Under the pieces are notes generated by a model that saw nothing but the letters and a program-made list of their open reading frames with translations, was not told the DNA's origin and did not search any database. Positions 21,232-30,844 of a DNA stretch of 64,000 nt are shown one piece after another. The stretch's first letter is position 1; each line of letters begins with the position of its first letter. Origin of the DNA: Minisyncoccota bacterium (lineage in GTDB: Bacteria; Patescibacteriota; Minisyncoccia; Phycocordibacterales; WO2-35-19); NCBI GenBank assembly GCA_036517255.1, contig DATDXE010000004.1:30543-94542 (forward strand), given 5' to 3'. The position numbers and the translations under genes were made by a program.

Positions 21232-21453
21232 ATGTCAGTTATTATTTCCTACATACAGATAGCGTTGTCAGTTATCATGGTAGCTTTGATACTGATCCAA
21301 CATTCGGATGAATCACTCGGGAGTGCTTTTGGTGCTTCTGGAAGTGAAGGTCAATACCGTACTCGCCGCGGTGCAGAACTGTATATTTTCCGAGCCACTA
21401 TCGCAGTAGCTATACTTTTTGTACTCTCTGCCCTTGCAAACATTCTTTACTAA
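21232..21453 (+). CDS. secG: preprotein translocase subunit SecG
   Basis: 73 aa, two TM, LILIQHSDESLGSAFGASGSE..RTRRGAE pattern. Confidence 0.8.
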   Translation: MSVIISYIQIALSVIMVALILIQHSDESLGSAFGASGSEGQYRTRRGAELYIFRATIAVAILFVLSALANILY

Positions 21454-21519
21454 GATATACTTAATCCCATCGATTCCTTGTTTTAATTTCTGCGCTCAAA
21501 TTACTTGAAAGCGCAATTT

Positions 21520-23217
21520 ATGGAAAATTCACACGCTAACGGATTTTTTAATTCTGTCATAAGTTCGTTCGGACCGACCGAGCGTATACTCTTTTACTTA
21601 TTCGCAGCTGTACTTTTCTTCTCTGGCCTTTCTGCCGCTTGGCAAGCCAACAACTTTTTCCTAGTAGAAGTACCCGGGCACGGTGGCAAACTTACCGAAG
21701 GCATGGTCGGCAGTCCACGATTTGTAAATCCTTTACTCGCCATTTCAGAGACTGATAAGAGCCTGTCCACCCTAGTATATTCCGGCCTCCTTAAATATAG
21801 CGGTGACACATATGTTGCCGACTTAGCTGAATACTATTCAATATCACAGGATGGCCTTAATTATGATATAAAAATAAGGGATGATGCTTTTTTCCACGAT
21901 GGTAAACCAGTCACGGCCACAGATATCGCCTTTACTATAGAGAAAGCACTCGATCCATTACTCAAAAGCCCAAGGCGCAGTAACTGGGAAGGGGTAACAG
22001 TAGAAGTGGTGGATGAGAAGAATCTAAGATTTATTTTAAGGAAGCCGTATTATTCGTTCCTCGAAAATTTGACTCAAGGAGTGTTACCTAAGCACGTGTG
22101 GGAAGATGCTACTTCAGAAGAATTGCCTTTCAGTCAATTGAACATCGAACCTGTCGGCTCTGGCCCATACGAAGCATCAGATATAAAATATAATTCGAGT
22201 GGAGTGCCGACAGTGGTCACCCTTTCCTCATTCAAAAAATATACAGGTGAAGAACCATTTATAAAAACAGTCGAAATAAGGTTCTTCCAAAGTGAGGAAG
22301 CTTTAGTAAAAGCCTACGAAAGTGGTAGTATCGACTCTGTAGCCGGACTATCGCCAGAGGTAGCTATAATCCTGAAAGAAAAAGGTTTCAATATTGCCTC
22401 ATATGTTATGCCTAGAGTGTTTGGAGTATTTTTCAATCAAAATCAAGCCGGAGTATTCCTAAATCCAGAAGTACGGAAAGCTCTTGATATCAGTATCGAC
22501 AAAGAAAAATTGGTAAAAGAGGTTTTGAAAGGTTATGGTTTGCCACTGAAAGGGCCGATACCAGCTAAAGAAAGTAGATGGATAGTCGATTCCGATAATG
22601 ACTTCGAAGAAGCAAAGGCTGTGTTAGAAAAAGCAGGCTGGAAAGCGAATGAAGATGGTATATTAGAAAAGAAAGTAAAATCAGTAAATCAGAGGCTCTC
22701 TTTCTCTATCTCTACTTCCGACGCGCCGGAACTGAAAGCCACCGCTGATATATTAGCAAGCAGTTGGGAGCAGTTGGGAGCCGATGTCGAAATAAAAGTA
22801 TTCGAGTCAGGAGATTTGAATCAAAATGTTATCAAACCTCGAAAATATGATGCCCTTCTGTTTGGAGAAAGTTTCGGTCGAGATTTAGATTTCTATCCGT
22901 TTTGGCATTCATCAGCTCGTAATGACCCAGGCCTCAATATCGCTCTTTACGCAAATATCACCACTGACAAACTGCTTGAGGAGATGCGTACAGCTACCGA
23001 TATAGGGACGATAAATAAGAAGCGAGCTGAATTCGAGTCGGAAATAATAAATGATATACCAGCTATATTTACCTACGCACCTGATTTCATATATGCCATA
23101 CACCCAAGGATAAAAAATGTGGATTTGGATAATATATCGAGCGGAAGTAGCAGATTTATGGGCATTGAAAAGTGGTACATAGAGACAGAGAAGGTATGGA
23201 GTGTTTTTTCAAATTAA
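21520..23217 (+). CDS. ABC transporter substrate-binding protein, family 5 (peptide/nickel type)
   Basis: N-terminal anchor helix; FHDGKPVTATDIAFTIEKALDP and overall SBP_bac_5 layout. Confidence 0.7.
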   Translation: MENSHANGFFNSVISSFGPTERILFYLFAAVLFFSGLSAAWQANNFFLVEVPGHGGKLTEGMVGSPRFVNPLLAISETDKSLSTLVYSGLLKYSGDTYVADLAEYYSISQDGLNYDIKIRDDAFFHDGKPVTATDIAFTIEKALDPLLKSPRRSNWEGVTVEVVDEKNLRFILRKPYYSFLENLTQGVLPKHVWEDATSEELPFSQLNIEPVGSGPYEASDIKYNSSGVPTVVTLSSFKKYTGEEPFIKTVEIRFFQSEEALVKAYESGSIDSVAGLSPEVAIILKEKGFNIASYVMPRVFGVFFNQNQAGVFLNPEVRKALDISIDKEKLVKEVLKGYGLPLKGPIPAKESRWIVDSDNDFEEAKAVLEKAGWKANEDGILEKKVKSVNQRLSFSISTSDAPELKATADILASSWEQLGADVEIKVFESGDLNQNVIKPRKYDALLFGESFGRDLDFYPFWHSSARNDPGLNIALYANITTDKLLEEMRTATDIGTINKKRAEFESEIINDIPAIFTYAPDFIYAIHPRIKNVDLDNISSGSSRFMGIEKWYIETEKVWSVFSN

Positions 23218-23259
23218 ATCCTATTTATTAAAATAATAAGTAATTAAAAAATAAAAGTA

Positions 23260-25257
23260 ATGCAACAAAGAAACGACTCAGGAAGATTCCGCATAAGAAG
23301 TTTTCATTCTGAAAGTGGGACAGAAAACACAGAGAGAACGGCGACAGGAGCTCCGACGAGAGAAAGGAGTCGGCCTTTTATCGCTGGTAGGCCAGCAAGT
23401 AATAGTGTGATCGCTCCCAGCAGAAGACCTATGACTCACCCAGGGGACAGGCCTCGAGTAGGAACGAGAGGACCATCGAGAGATCGTAGGCCATTTGTCA
23501 GGCGAGGTGATCGCCCGATACCACGCGATTACAAATTACCAGAGGCTAGCGCTCCCATAACTTTAAATATCCCTCCAGTCGGCGACAATATACGCATTAT
23601 TCCACTCGGTGGCACCGAGGAAATAGGCAAGAATATGACCGCCATCGAAATCGGTGATGATATTTTCGTCATGGATGCTGGTTTCCAATTCCGAGATGAG
23701 GATACCCCAGGAGTAGACTACATTTTACCGAACACAAAGTATCTTGAAGAGAGAAAAGAAAAAATACGAGGCGTACTCATAACCCACGGCCACCTGGATC
23801 ACATCGGCGGCATCCCCTACATCATGGATCGTATAGGTAACCCACCCCTTTACTCACGCCTACTCACGACTGTCATGATCAAAAAGAGACAGGAGGAATT
23901 CCCCCACTTACCACCTCTCGATATGCGAGTGGTAGAAAAAGAGGACACTATTATGCTCGGAAAAACGAAAGTGAGCTTCTTTTCCGTCACCCACACTATT
24001 CCTGATTCAATGGGTATCGTGATAGAGACTCCATATGGCCTCGTGGTAAACCCGGGTGACATAAAGCTTGAGCATGTGGACGGTGTACCGACAGAAAGAG
24101 AAGAAAAAGAATACGCAAGATTCAGTAAAGAAAAAGTACTCTTATTGATGATGGACTCGACCAATGTTGATAATCCTGGATTTTCTACCCCTGAAAAATT
24201 GGTGCATCAAAATTTGGAAGAAATAATAAAAAGCACCAAACGTCGACTCATAATCGGCACCTTTGCTTCCCAGCTTGAGCGCATGATCGCCATTATCGAG
24301 GCGGCAGAGCGTAATGGAAAAAAAGTGGTAGTGGAAGGCAGAAGTATGAAGCAAAATATAGAAATCGTGCGCGAGCTCGGTATGTTGAAAGTAGGCAAGG
24401 GTACCATCATCACTACAGAGGAAATGGATACTTTACCGCCCGACAGAGTTATCATATTGGCGACAGGCGCTCAGGGCGATGAGTTTGCCGCTCTAATGCG
24501 TATGTCATCCAAAACCCACAAATATATAAAAATCTCCAATCGCGACACCATACTACTTTCTTCCTCTATTATTCCTGGAAATGAAAGGTCAGTCCAAAAG
24601 TTGAAAGATAACTTGGCGCGACAAGGAGCAAAAATTATCCATTATCGTACCAGCGATGTTTATATCCACTCGACTGGCCACGGCAACCGAGGCGAATTGG
24701 AATGGATCCATAAAAAAGTAAATCCAAAATTCTTCATTCCGATTCACGGCAACCACTATATGCTCCGGGTACATGAGGAGTTGGCTCAAAATTTAGGCAT
24801 GCCTCCAGAGAATATCGTGGTACCTGACAACGGTATGATCATAGAAGTACAAGAAGGTGGCGAGAAAATAAAAGCTCTGAAAGAAACTGCTCCCTCATCC
24901 CCTGTTATGGTCGATGGATTTGCCATCGCTGATGTGCAAGAAGTAGTAATGCGCGATCGTAAAATGCTCGCGGAGGATGGAATGTTCGTCATCGTCGCGA
25001 CCATAAACTTGAAAACTGGTCGGCTTCGCAAATCGCCTGATATTATTTCTAGAGGTTTCGTCTATTTGCGCGAATCGCAAGAATTGATGCAACACGCTCG
25101 CCTTCTCATTAAGAAAACAGTGGAAGAAAGTGCTATGGGAATGAACCCAATCAATTTCGACTTTATCAAAGGTAATGTGACCGACGCCGTGGCTCGCTTT
25201 CTCTTCCAAAAAACCGCCAAAAGACCGATTGTGATTCCGGTGATATTGGGGGTTTAA
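23260..25257 (+). CDS. rnj: ribonuclease J with ~100 aa Arg/Gly/Pro-rich N-terminal extension
   Basis: IRIIPLGGTEEIGKNM, ITHGHLDHIGGIPY metallo-beta-lactamase motifs, beta-CASP and C-terminal domain. Confidence 0.9.
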   Translation: MQQRNDSGRFRIRSFHSESGTENTERTATGAPTRERSRPFIAGRPASNSVIAPSRRPMTHPGDRPRVGTRGPSRDRRPFVRRGDRPIPRDYKLPEASAPITLNIPPVGDNIRIIPLGGTEEIGKNMTAIEIGDDIFVMDAGFQFRDEDTPGVDYILPNTKYLEERKEKIRGVLITHGHLDHIGGIPYIMDRIGNPPLYSRLLTTVMIKKRQEEFPHLPPLDMRVVEKEDTIMLGKTKVSFFSVTHTIPDSMGIVIETPYGLVVNPGDIKLEHVDGVPTEREEKEYARFSKEKVLLLMMDSTNVDNPGFSTPEKLVHQNLEEIIKSTKRRLIIGTFASQLERMIAIIEAAERNGKKVVVEGRSMKQNIEIVRELGMLKVGKGTIITTEEMDTLPPDRVIILATGAQGDEFAALMRMSSKTHKYIKISNRDTILLSSSIIPGNERSVQKLKDNLARQGAKIIHYRTSDVYIHSTGHGNRGELEWIHKKVNPKFFIPIHGNHYMLRVHEELAQNLGMPPENIVVPDNGMIIEVQEGGEKIKALKETAPSSPVMVDGFAIADVQEVVMRDRKMLAEDGMFVIVATINLKTGRLRKSPDIISRGFVYLRESQELMQHARLLIKKTVEESAMGMNPINFDFIKGNVTDAVARFLFQKTAKRPIVIPVILGV

Positions 25258-25368
25258 CCCCACCCTTCCCTCCCCTTAGCAGGGGAGGGAAAACAAAATC
25301 CTCGAATCCGTAGCGTATTACCTCCCCTGCTAAGGGGAGGTCGAAGCGAAGCCCGGGTGGGGTTTATT
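25255..25368. repeat. GC-rich hairpin repeat element (MITE-like), copy A
   Basis: TIR TTAACCCCACCC...GGGTGGGGTTTA; internal hairpins CCCTCCCC-ttagca-GGGGAGGG and CCTCCCC-tgctaa-GGGGAGG; same modules recur at 54572-54630 / 55021-55072 and 34377-34431. Confidence 0.6.
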
Positions 25369-25425
25369 AACAACAAGGCCCGCCAGAGCGAAACCTGTTG
25401 GTTGTTGCTCTGGCGGGCCTCCGGA

Positions 25426-25743
25426 TCAGGGAGCCGCGGGATCGTACTCGATGACACTGCCGTCTGGCTGGACGAACTTCGTTACGCCAGTGGTATGCCG
25501 GCAGAAGTCGTCGAAGTGAAAGTCGTAATTCTTCATGTTCCTCCGAGTCTCCGGACCACAACCTCCATCAACTTGAAGCCCTTCATCTCCTTGGTATTCC
25601 CGCAACATCTTGGTCAAATTCTGGCCAAAATGCTGATTAGGAATAAAGTCGCAAGGGACAGTTTGCTGCTTGACGAGAAATGCGGCCAGAATCTGGACGC
25701 AAGGCCCTGATGACCCTTGCTGCATATACTTGGGAACTTCCAT
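25426..25743 (-). CDS. small peptidoglycan-binding-domain (PG_binding_1-like) protein, G+C-rich
   Basis: GGAGGTG RBS before ATG 25743; MQQGSSGPCVQILAAFL...DGGCGPETRR matches PG_binding_1 helix pattern; 4 Cys. Confidence 0.45.
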   Translation of the reverse strand: MEVPKYMQQGSSGPCVQILAAFLVKQQTVPCDFIPNQHFGQNLTKMLREYQGDEGLQVDGGCGPETRRNMKNYDFHFDDFCRHTTGVTKFVQPDGSVIEYDPAAP

Positions 25744-25825
25744 AGTGCTTTTACACCTCCTGTTTCCTATCCAACCATATTTAAACCCAATATACAAGCA
25801 GTTTTTATCTACCTTATAAATACTG

Positions 25826-25854
25826 TTGTCTACTATCTTGAGCTATGTTAGAAT
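25826..25854 (+). promoter_or_regulatory. sigma70-like promoter for rpsU (TTGTCT-17-TgtTAGAAT)
   Basis: -10 ends 8 nt before the rpsU ATG, implying a leaderless or near-leaderless transcript. Confidence 0.3.
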
Positions 25855-25862
25855 AGCCCGAC

Positions 25863-26099
25863 ATGGCAACGAATGTCGAAATAGTAAAAAGCGGATTGGA
25901 GAACAACCTTTCCATCATAAGGAAATTCACTAAAAAGGTGCAAGGATCGGGAGTACTTTCACGTCTACGTTCTATCCGCTACTCCCAGAGAACTCTCTCT
26001 GATTATGTGAAAAAGAAGAAGGCGCTGAAGCGCATCAAGCGTCGTGAGGTAGTGCGCGAAGCAATCAAAATGGGCAAAATGCCCGATAAAATGAACTAA
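25863..26099 (+). CDS. rpsU: 30S ribosomal protein S21
   Basis: 78 aa basic protein; VLSRLRSIRYSQR...KKKALKRIKRREVVR typical S21. Confidence 0.8.
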   Translation: MATNVEIVKSGLENNLSIIRKFTKKVQGSGVLSRLRSIRYSQRTLSDYVKKKKALKRIKRREVVREAIKMGKMPDKMN

Positions 26100-26106
26100 G
26101 AGTTTA

Positions 26107-26155
26107 CCAAGGGTCACCCTTGGCCCGAACCCCTTTGGCCAAAGGTGACCCTTGG
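26107..26155 (+). terminator. compound palindromic hairpin (CCAAGGGTCACCCTTGG ... CCAAAGGTGACCCTTGG)
   Basis: two inverted copies of the CCAAGGG-N3-CCCTTGG motif forming a long stem after rpsU. Confidence 0.5.
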
Positions 26156-26166
26156 TAATCAAAAAA

Positions 26167-26703
26167 ATGATACTCATCGCTGAAGGCAAGAATTACTCTA
26201 TCACCTCAGAATGTCACGAGCCCCGCATACCAGGGGGCTTTTTGGACTTAGCTTTCAATAAAATCATTCCCGAAATATTGGGCAAGAAATACTTTGCTTC
26301 GATCGCTTTCGTCCGAGAGAAGAAGATGAGGAAAATAAATAAAGAGTATAGGAATAAGGACGAATCGACCGACGTGCTCGCCTTTAATTTGAAGGAGGAA
26401 GGAGAAATTTTATTTTCTCTCCCAAACATGAGGAAAAAGTCTAGGGAGTTTGGAATGGAAGCCTCTGAGTACCTATCCTATCTCCTTATCCACGCAGTTG
26501 TTCATTTGAAAGGGCTCGATCATGGTAGTAAAATGGATAGACTGGAAAAAAAGTTTTGTAATATTTTTAATATACGACACCCCCACAATAAAATCGAGAA
26601 AGATCATCAGAATGAGCCAAAAAATAACAGCAGGAATAGACATAGGAACATACCAAGTAAGGGTAGTGGTATCGTCGCACGAAAAAGCGCGAGAATTTCC
26701 TAA
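26167..26703 (+). CDS. ybeY: rRNA maturation RNase YbeY
   Basis: HAVVHLKGLDH (HxxxHxxGxxH zinc motif); ATG 26167; 3' end overlaps ftsA start by ~90 nt. Confidence 0.75.
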   Translation: MILIAEGKNYSITSECHEPRIPGGFLDLAFNKIIPEILGKKYFASIAFVREKKMRKINKEYRNKDESTDVLAFNLKEEGEILFSLPNMRKKSREFGMEASEYLSYLLIHAVVHLKGLDHGSKMDRLEKKFCNIFNIRHPHNKIEKDHQNEPKNNSRNRHRNIPSKGSGIVARKSARIS

Positions 26704-27784
26704 AATACTAGGGGGCGGTAGTGCTGAATCGAAAGGATTACGCCATGGCTATATTATAAATTCTGGAGATGTAGTAAAAAGTGTGCAAGCGGCTATTGCC
26801 CAAGCTGAAAAAACTTCGGGCCAGAGAATACGTAGAGCCTATATTTCAGTCGGTGGTATAGGCCTATCAAGCACTGTAGCCGTAGGACATAGCATCGTAT
26901 CGCGTGGCGACCAAATAGTAACAGAGCTCGATATCGATGCCGCAACTACAAGCGCTGAAGAAGCCATACCTCAAGCTGTAATCCAAAACAGGAAAATAAT
27001 TTATACCATACCAGTACAATGGAAAATCGATGGTAAACCAGTATTAGGAAGAGTGCTTGGCATGAAAGGAGTAAAAATAGAAGTGAAAGTGCTTTTCATC
27101 ACCTGCCTTGAGCCCCACTTGAATGACCTTCTAGAAGCAGTGGAAGAAGCTGGTATAGATGTGATCGATGTCGTTGCTTCCCCTATCGCCGCAAGTTTCG
27201 TCACTCTTTCTAAACCACAAAAAATGGCCGGTTGTGTCCTCGCCAATATAGGAGCTGAGACTCTTTCGATCGTAGTATTTGAAAACAACATACCCATCTC
27301 GCTTGAAGTTTTCCCTATCGGCGGTTCAGATATAACCAACGATATTGCTCTTGGATTAAAAGTAGCCTTGGAAGAAGCTGAGGTCATAAAAATCGGAGGA
27401 CTTACTCATTCTTCATATCCCCAAAAAAGGCTGGAAGAAATAGTGGGAGCTAGGCTCTCCGATATGTTTGAGCTAGTAGAAACTCATTTGAAAAAAATCG
27501 GCAAGAATGGCCTTTTGCCGGCCGGAATAATTATTACTGGTGGAGGCTCTTATATTAATTCTGTCGAAGATGTCGCGAGGGCCACCCTACACTTACCATC
27601 CCGCGTAGCTTCGCTCAAAGTGGGCGAAGGCAAAATTCAACTGAAAGATTCATCTTGGTCAGTGGCTTACGGCCTATGTATCATGGGCACAATCCCTGAA
27701 GAAGAGGAGCGCCTCGGCCTTAGCCGCCACGGCGGCGAATTCTTCTCCAAAATCTTCGACTGGTTCAAACAATTTTTACCTTAA
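26612..27784 (+). CDS. ftsA: cell division protein FtsA
   Basis: MSQKITAGIDIGTYQVRVVV actin-fold N-terminus; immediately upstream of ftsZ. Confidence 0.85.
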   Translation: MSQKITAGIDIGTYQVRVVVSSHEKAREFPKILGGGSAESKGLRHGYIINSGDVVKSVQAAIAQAEKTSGQRIRRAYISVGGIGLSSTVAVGHSIVSRGDQIVTELDIDAATTSAEEAIPQAVIQNRKIIYTIPVQWKIDGKPVLGRVLGMKGVKIEVKVLFITCLEPHLNDLLEAVEEAGIDVIDVVASPIAASFVTLSKPQKMAGCVLANIGAETLSIVVFENNIPISLEVFPIGGSDITNDIALGLKVALEEAEVIKIGGLTHSSYPQKRLEEIVGARLSDMFELVETHLKKIGKNGLLPAGIIITGGGSYINSVEDVARATLHLPSRVASLKVGEGKIQLKDSSWSVAYGLCIMGTIPEEEERLGLSRHGGEFFSKIFDWFKQFLP

Positions 27785-27861
27785 TATTTTCTAAACCAGG
27801 ACATTTTTGGGGAGTTTTTCAACTTTGCATTCAGGAAGGGCTCTGTTAGAATCCAGGCAAT

Positions 27862-29034
27862 ATGCCACAAATCAAGCCAGAGGTAGAAACATTTGCACGA
27901 ATAAAAGTCATCGGTGTCGGTGGTTCTGGAAAGAACGCTGTAAATCACATGATCAATTCCAAAGTAAAAGGAATTGAATTCGTAGCTATAAATAGTGACG
28001 CGCAGGACCTTCATCATTCTCTCGCCAAAAAGAAAATTCATATTGGCAAAAATCTCACTCGAGGCCTCGGAGCTGGAGGTAACCCCGATCTTGGCAAAAG
28101 AGCGGTGGAAGAAACTAAAGAAGAAATACAGGAAGCGATCAAAGGTTCCGACATGGTATTCATCACTTGTGGACTGGGAGGCGGCACCGGCACAGGAGCC
28201 GCTCCCATCGTCGCTCGTACAGCGAAGGAACTCGACGCCCTGACCGTAGCAGTAGTGACCAAACCATTTTCGTTCGAAGGAAAACAGAGGATGCAACTCG
28301 CTGAGCAAGGCCTCGATGAATTGCGTGGAGCAGTCGATGCCATCATCGTCATCCCAAACGACAGGTTGCTCGCGACCGTCGACAAGGACACTACGGCCAA
28401 AAATGCATTCTCAATCTGTGATGATATTTTGAAACAAGCAGTGGAAGGAATTTCCGATATTATCACCACTCCCGGCATCATCAATATAGACTTTGCTGAT
28501 ATCCGTAGTGTTATGGAAGGAGCGGGAGCAGCACTCATGGGCATAGGCAAAGCTTCAGGTGAACGCAGAGCGGAAGAGGCTGCCAAAATGGCCATCAACT
28601 CCCCTCTTCTAGAAGTTTCGATTACTGGGGCCAAAGGAGTACTTTTTTCCATCGCTGGGCAGGACGACCTTACTATGTTTGAAATACAAGAAGCGGCAAA
28701 GATTATCACCGAATCAGTTGATCCAAATGCTAAAATTATTTTCGGTACTGCTCACGACGACAAGCTACGTAAAGGTGAAATAAAAATTACTGTTATCGCT
28801 TCAGGTTTTCCTGAAAACTACATGAAAAAAGCTCTCTTCAGTGATAAAGAAGAGATGACTAAGGATAAAATATTCAATGCTATTCCAATTTTGAATAGAA
28901 ATAAAAAAGAGGAAGAAGAAATGATTTCCCCTGCAGTAGAACCAAAAAAAGAGGAGAAGAAGACGATACAAGCAGATGATGAAGATGATTGGAGTGCGGT
29001 TCCAGCTTTTTTGCGACGCTCGAAGTTGAAATAA
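27862..29034 (+). CDS. ftsZ: cell division GTPase FtsZ
   Basis: IKVIGVGGSGKNAVNHM, GGGTGTGAAPIVA tubulin signature, NTD/CTD, Lys/Glu-rich linker. Confidence 0.95.
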   Translation: MPQIKPEVETFARIKVIGVGGSGKNAVNHMINSKVKGIEFVAINSDAQDLHHSLAKKKIHIGKNLTRGLGAGGNPDLGKRAVEETKEEIQEAIKGSDMVFITCGLGGGTGTGAAPIVARTAKELDALTVAVVTKPFSFEGKQRMQLAEQGLDELRGAVDAIIVIPNDRLLATVDKDTTAKNAFSICDDILKQAVEGISDIITTPGIINIDFADIRSVMEGAGAALMGIGKASGERRAEEAAKMAINSPLLEVSITGAKGVLFSIAGQDDLTMFEIQEAAKIITESVDPNAKIIFGTAHDDKLRKGEIKITVIASGFPENYMKKALFSDKEEMTKDKIFNAIPILNRNKKEEEEMISPAVEPKKEEKKTIQADDEDDWSAVPAFLRRSKLK

Positions 29035-29039
29035 AAAAA

Positions 29040-29088
29040 CCAAGGGGGACCCTTGGTACAGTAGTCCAAAGGTCCCCCTTGGTTTTTT
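29040..29088 (+). terminator. rho-independent terminator
   Basis: CCAAGGGGGACCCTTGG-tacagtagt-CCAAAGGTCCCCCTTGG then TTTTTT. Confidence 0.7.
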
Positions 29089-29107
29089 GTGATACAATAT
29101 TTTTCTC

Positions 29108-30046
29108 ATGAATTACGACCTCATCATCATAGGCGGTGGACCAGCAGGAGCAGCTGCGGGAGTATATGCCGCGAGAAAGAAAATAAAAACTCTCCTCATT
29201 ACTGAAAGCTGGGGAGGCCAATCGACCGATTCAGTAGGTATCGAAAACTGGATAGGTACTGTAAAAATCCCTGGAGTGGAATTTGGGCAAATCTTGAAAA
29301 ATCATGTTGCGGCTTATGCTTCTAATTCAGTTTTAATGAAGGAAGGTGAGAAAGTGGAGAATATAGAAAGATGGAAAGAAGAAAATAAGGAAAGATTTAA
29401 GATTAAAACTGACAGAGATACATACGATACAAAGACAGTACTTATCGCAACCGGAAGCACTCGTAGGAAACTAGAGATACCGGGGGCTAAAGAATATGAG
29501 GGCAAAGGTATCGTATATTGTGCCAGTTGCGACGGGCCTCTTTTCAGCGATCAAGATGTGGTAGTGATAGGAGGGGGCAACGCCGCTTTTGAATCAGCCG
29601 CCCAGCTACTCGCCTACTGCAAATCAGTAACTCTGCTTAATCGTGGAGATAAGCTAAAAGCTGATCCTGTCACTATAGATACACTCTCTAAAAACGTTAA
29701 ATTTAAAATTATTAAAAATGCTATCCCAGTAGAAATAAAAGGCGATGGTTTTGTGACTGGCATTATGTACGAGGATTCAGTAACTAGAGAAAAAATACTG
29801 GTACCAGCTACAGGTATATTTGTAGAAATCGGGCTCTTGCCTACTACTTGGTTTGCAGAAGGATCGGGAGCAGAAATGAATGAAATAAAACAAATAAAAG
29901 TGGATCCTAGGAATCAACGCACCTCGGTCCATGGCTTGTGGGCGGCGGGCGACTGTACGGATGGCCTATTCCATCAAAACAACATCGCCGCTGGCGACGC
30001 CGTCAAAGCTCTTGAGGATATTTACTTAGAGCTTCAAAAAATGTAA
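29108..30046 (+). CDS. trxB: thioredoxin-disulfide reductase
   Basis: IIGGGPAGAAAGVYAAR FAD motif, redox CASC, VIGGGNAAFESA NADPH motif. Confidence 0.85.
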   Translation: MNYDLIIIGGGPAGAAAGVYAARKKIKTLLITESWGGQSTDSVGIENWIGTVKIPGVEFGQILKNHVAAYASNSVLMKEGEKVENIERWKEENKERFKIKTDRDTYDTKTVLIATGSTRRKLEIPGAKEYEGKGIVYCASCDGPLFSDQDVVVIGGGNAAFESAAQLLAYCKSVTLLNRGDKLKADPVTIDTLSKNVKFKIIKNAIPVEIKGDGFVTGIMYEDSVTREKILVPATGIFVEIGLLPTTWFAEGSGAEMNEIKQIKVDPRNQRTSVHGLWAAGDCTDGLFHQNNIAAGDAVKALEDIYLELQKM

Positions 30047-30049
30047 ATG

Positions 30050-30123
30050 TGGGCGGTAGAGGGCTCGAACCCCTGAACCTTCCGAACGTCAATCGGACGC
30101 TCTACCAACTGAGCTAACCGCCC
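30050..30123 (-). tRNA. tRNA-Val(GAC), T-arm slightly non-canonical (one extra nt)
   Basis: GGGCGGT-TA-GCTC-AGTTGGTA-GAGC-G-TCCGA-TTGACGT-TCGGA...GTTCGAGC..ACCGCCC-A. Confidence 0.75.
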
Positions 30124-30803
30124 TTTTTTATATATAACTCACAAAACTTCCTACTAAGATATATCAATTTTCTCTGAATAGCAATATTAGCACAATCTAT
30201 TAAACACACCCCTTTATAATGAGGGTATGTTTTTTGACCTTTGGTTCTTTTATCAAAGGAAACATAACTAAATCTTGCAATTGGTACCTTGAGTTGCTGG
30301 GACCAATATTTTTTCATCTGCATAGAATTTTGGTCATACCTCAAATGTAATTCAAATCTAATTTTATTGATGTCTAAATTATAAACCTCAATCATATTCT
30401 TAAGAAAAAACTTGAGAATAAGCGGGTCTGAATTTCCCATACCTGTTTTTGAAGTTTTGAAACCCTCACCAAGGTATAACATCGAAAGAGCAATATCGAT
30501 TAATTTTCTATCTTTGATGTCTACTCCAGCTAGAGTGACCAACGCCTGATCTTTAGCATTCTTAACTCTCAGTCTTTTTTGTTCATGATGCCAAATTAAA
30601 GCTTTTTTCCTTGCTTTTATGAGAGACTCGTCCTGACGAATTTTTAGAGCTCGTCTATGTTTAATGCTTATGGAAACATTTTTCAACCATCCGCTTAAAG
30701 TAGAACGCGCGACTCCAAGCTTATTTTCTATGTCTCTTATAGAAAGCCCTTTGTAACGCAAACTGACAACTTTCTGCTTTAATCCGAACCACTTTGACCT
30801 CAT
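30114..30803 (-). CDS. HTH + degenerate LAGLIDADG-like putative homing-endonuclease-type protein
   Basis: N-terminal HTH (LSIRDIENKLGVARSTLSGWLKN); DIALSMLYLGEGFKTSK resembles a LAGLIDADG motif; abuts tRNA-Val. Confidence 0.35.
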   Translation of the reverse strand: MRSKWFGLKQKVVSLRYKGLSIRDIENKLGVARSTLSGWLKNVSISIKHRRALKIRQDESLIKARKKALIWHHEQKRLRVKNAKDQALVTLAGVDIKDRKLIDIALSMLYLGEGFKTSKTGMGNSDPLILKFFLKNMIEVYNLDINKIRFELHLRYDQNSMQMKKYWSQQLKVPIARFSYVSFDKRTKGQKTYPHYKGVCLIDCANIAIQRKLIYLSRKFCELYIKKGG

Positions 30804-30844
30804 GTATAAATGATATCATCAGTAGTTCAGATTAATTTTAGTTA

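Noticed and set aside
26522-26703. ybeY-ftsA fusion or ftsA long N-terminal extension (ORF-track start 26522)
   Set aside because: Extension has no homology to FtsA. Canonical FtsA N-terminus begins at ATG 26612; the 90-nt overlap with the ybeY tail is in a different frame.
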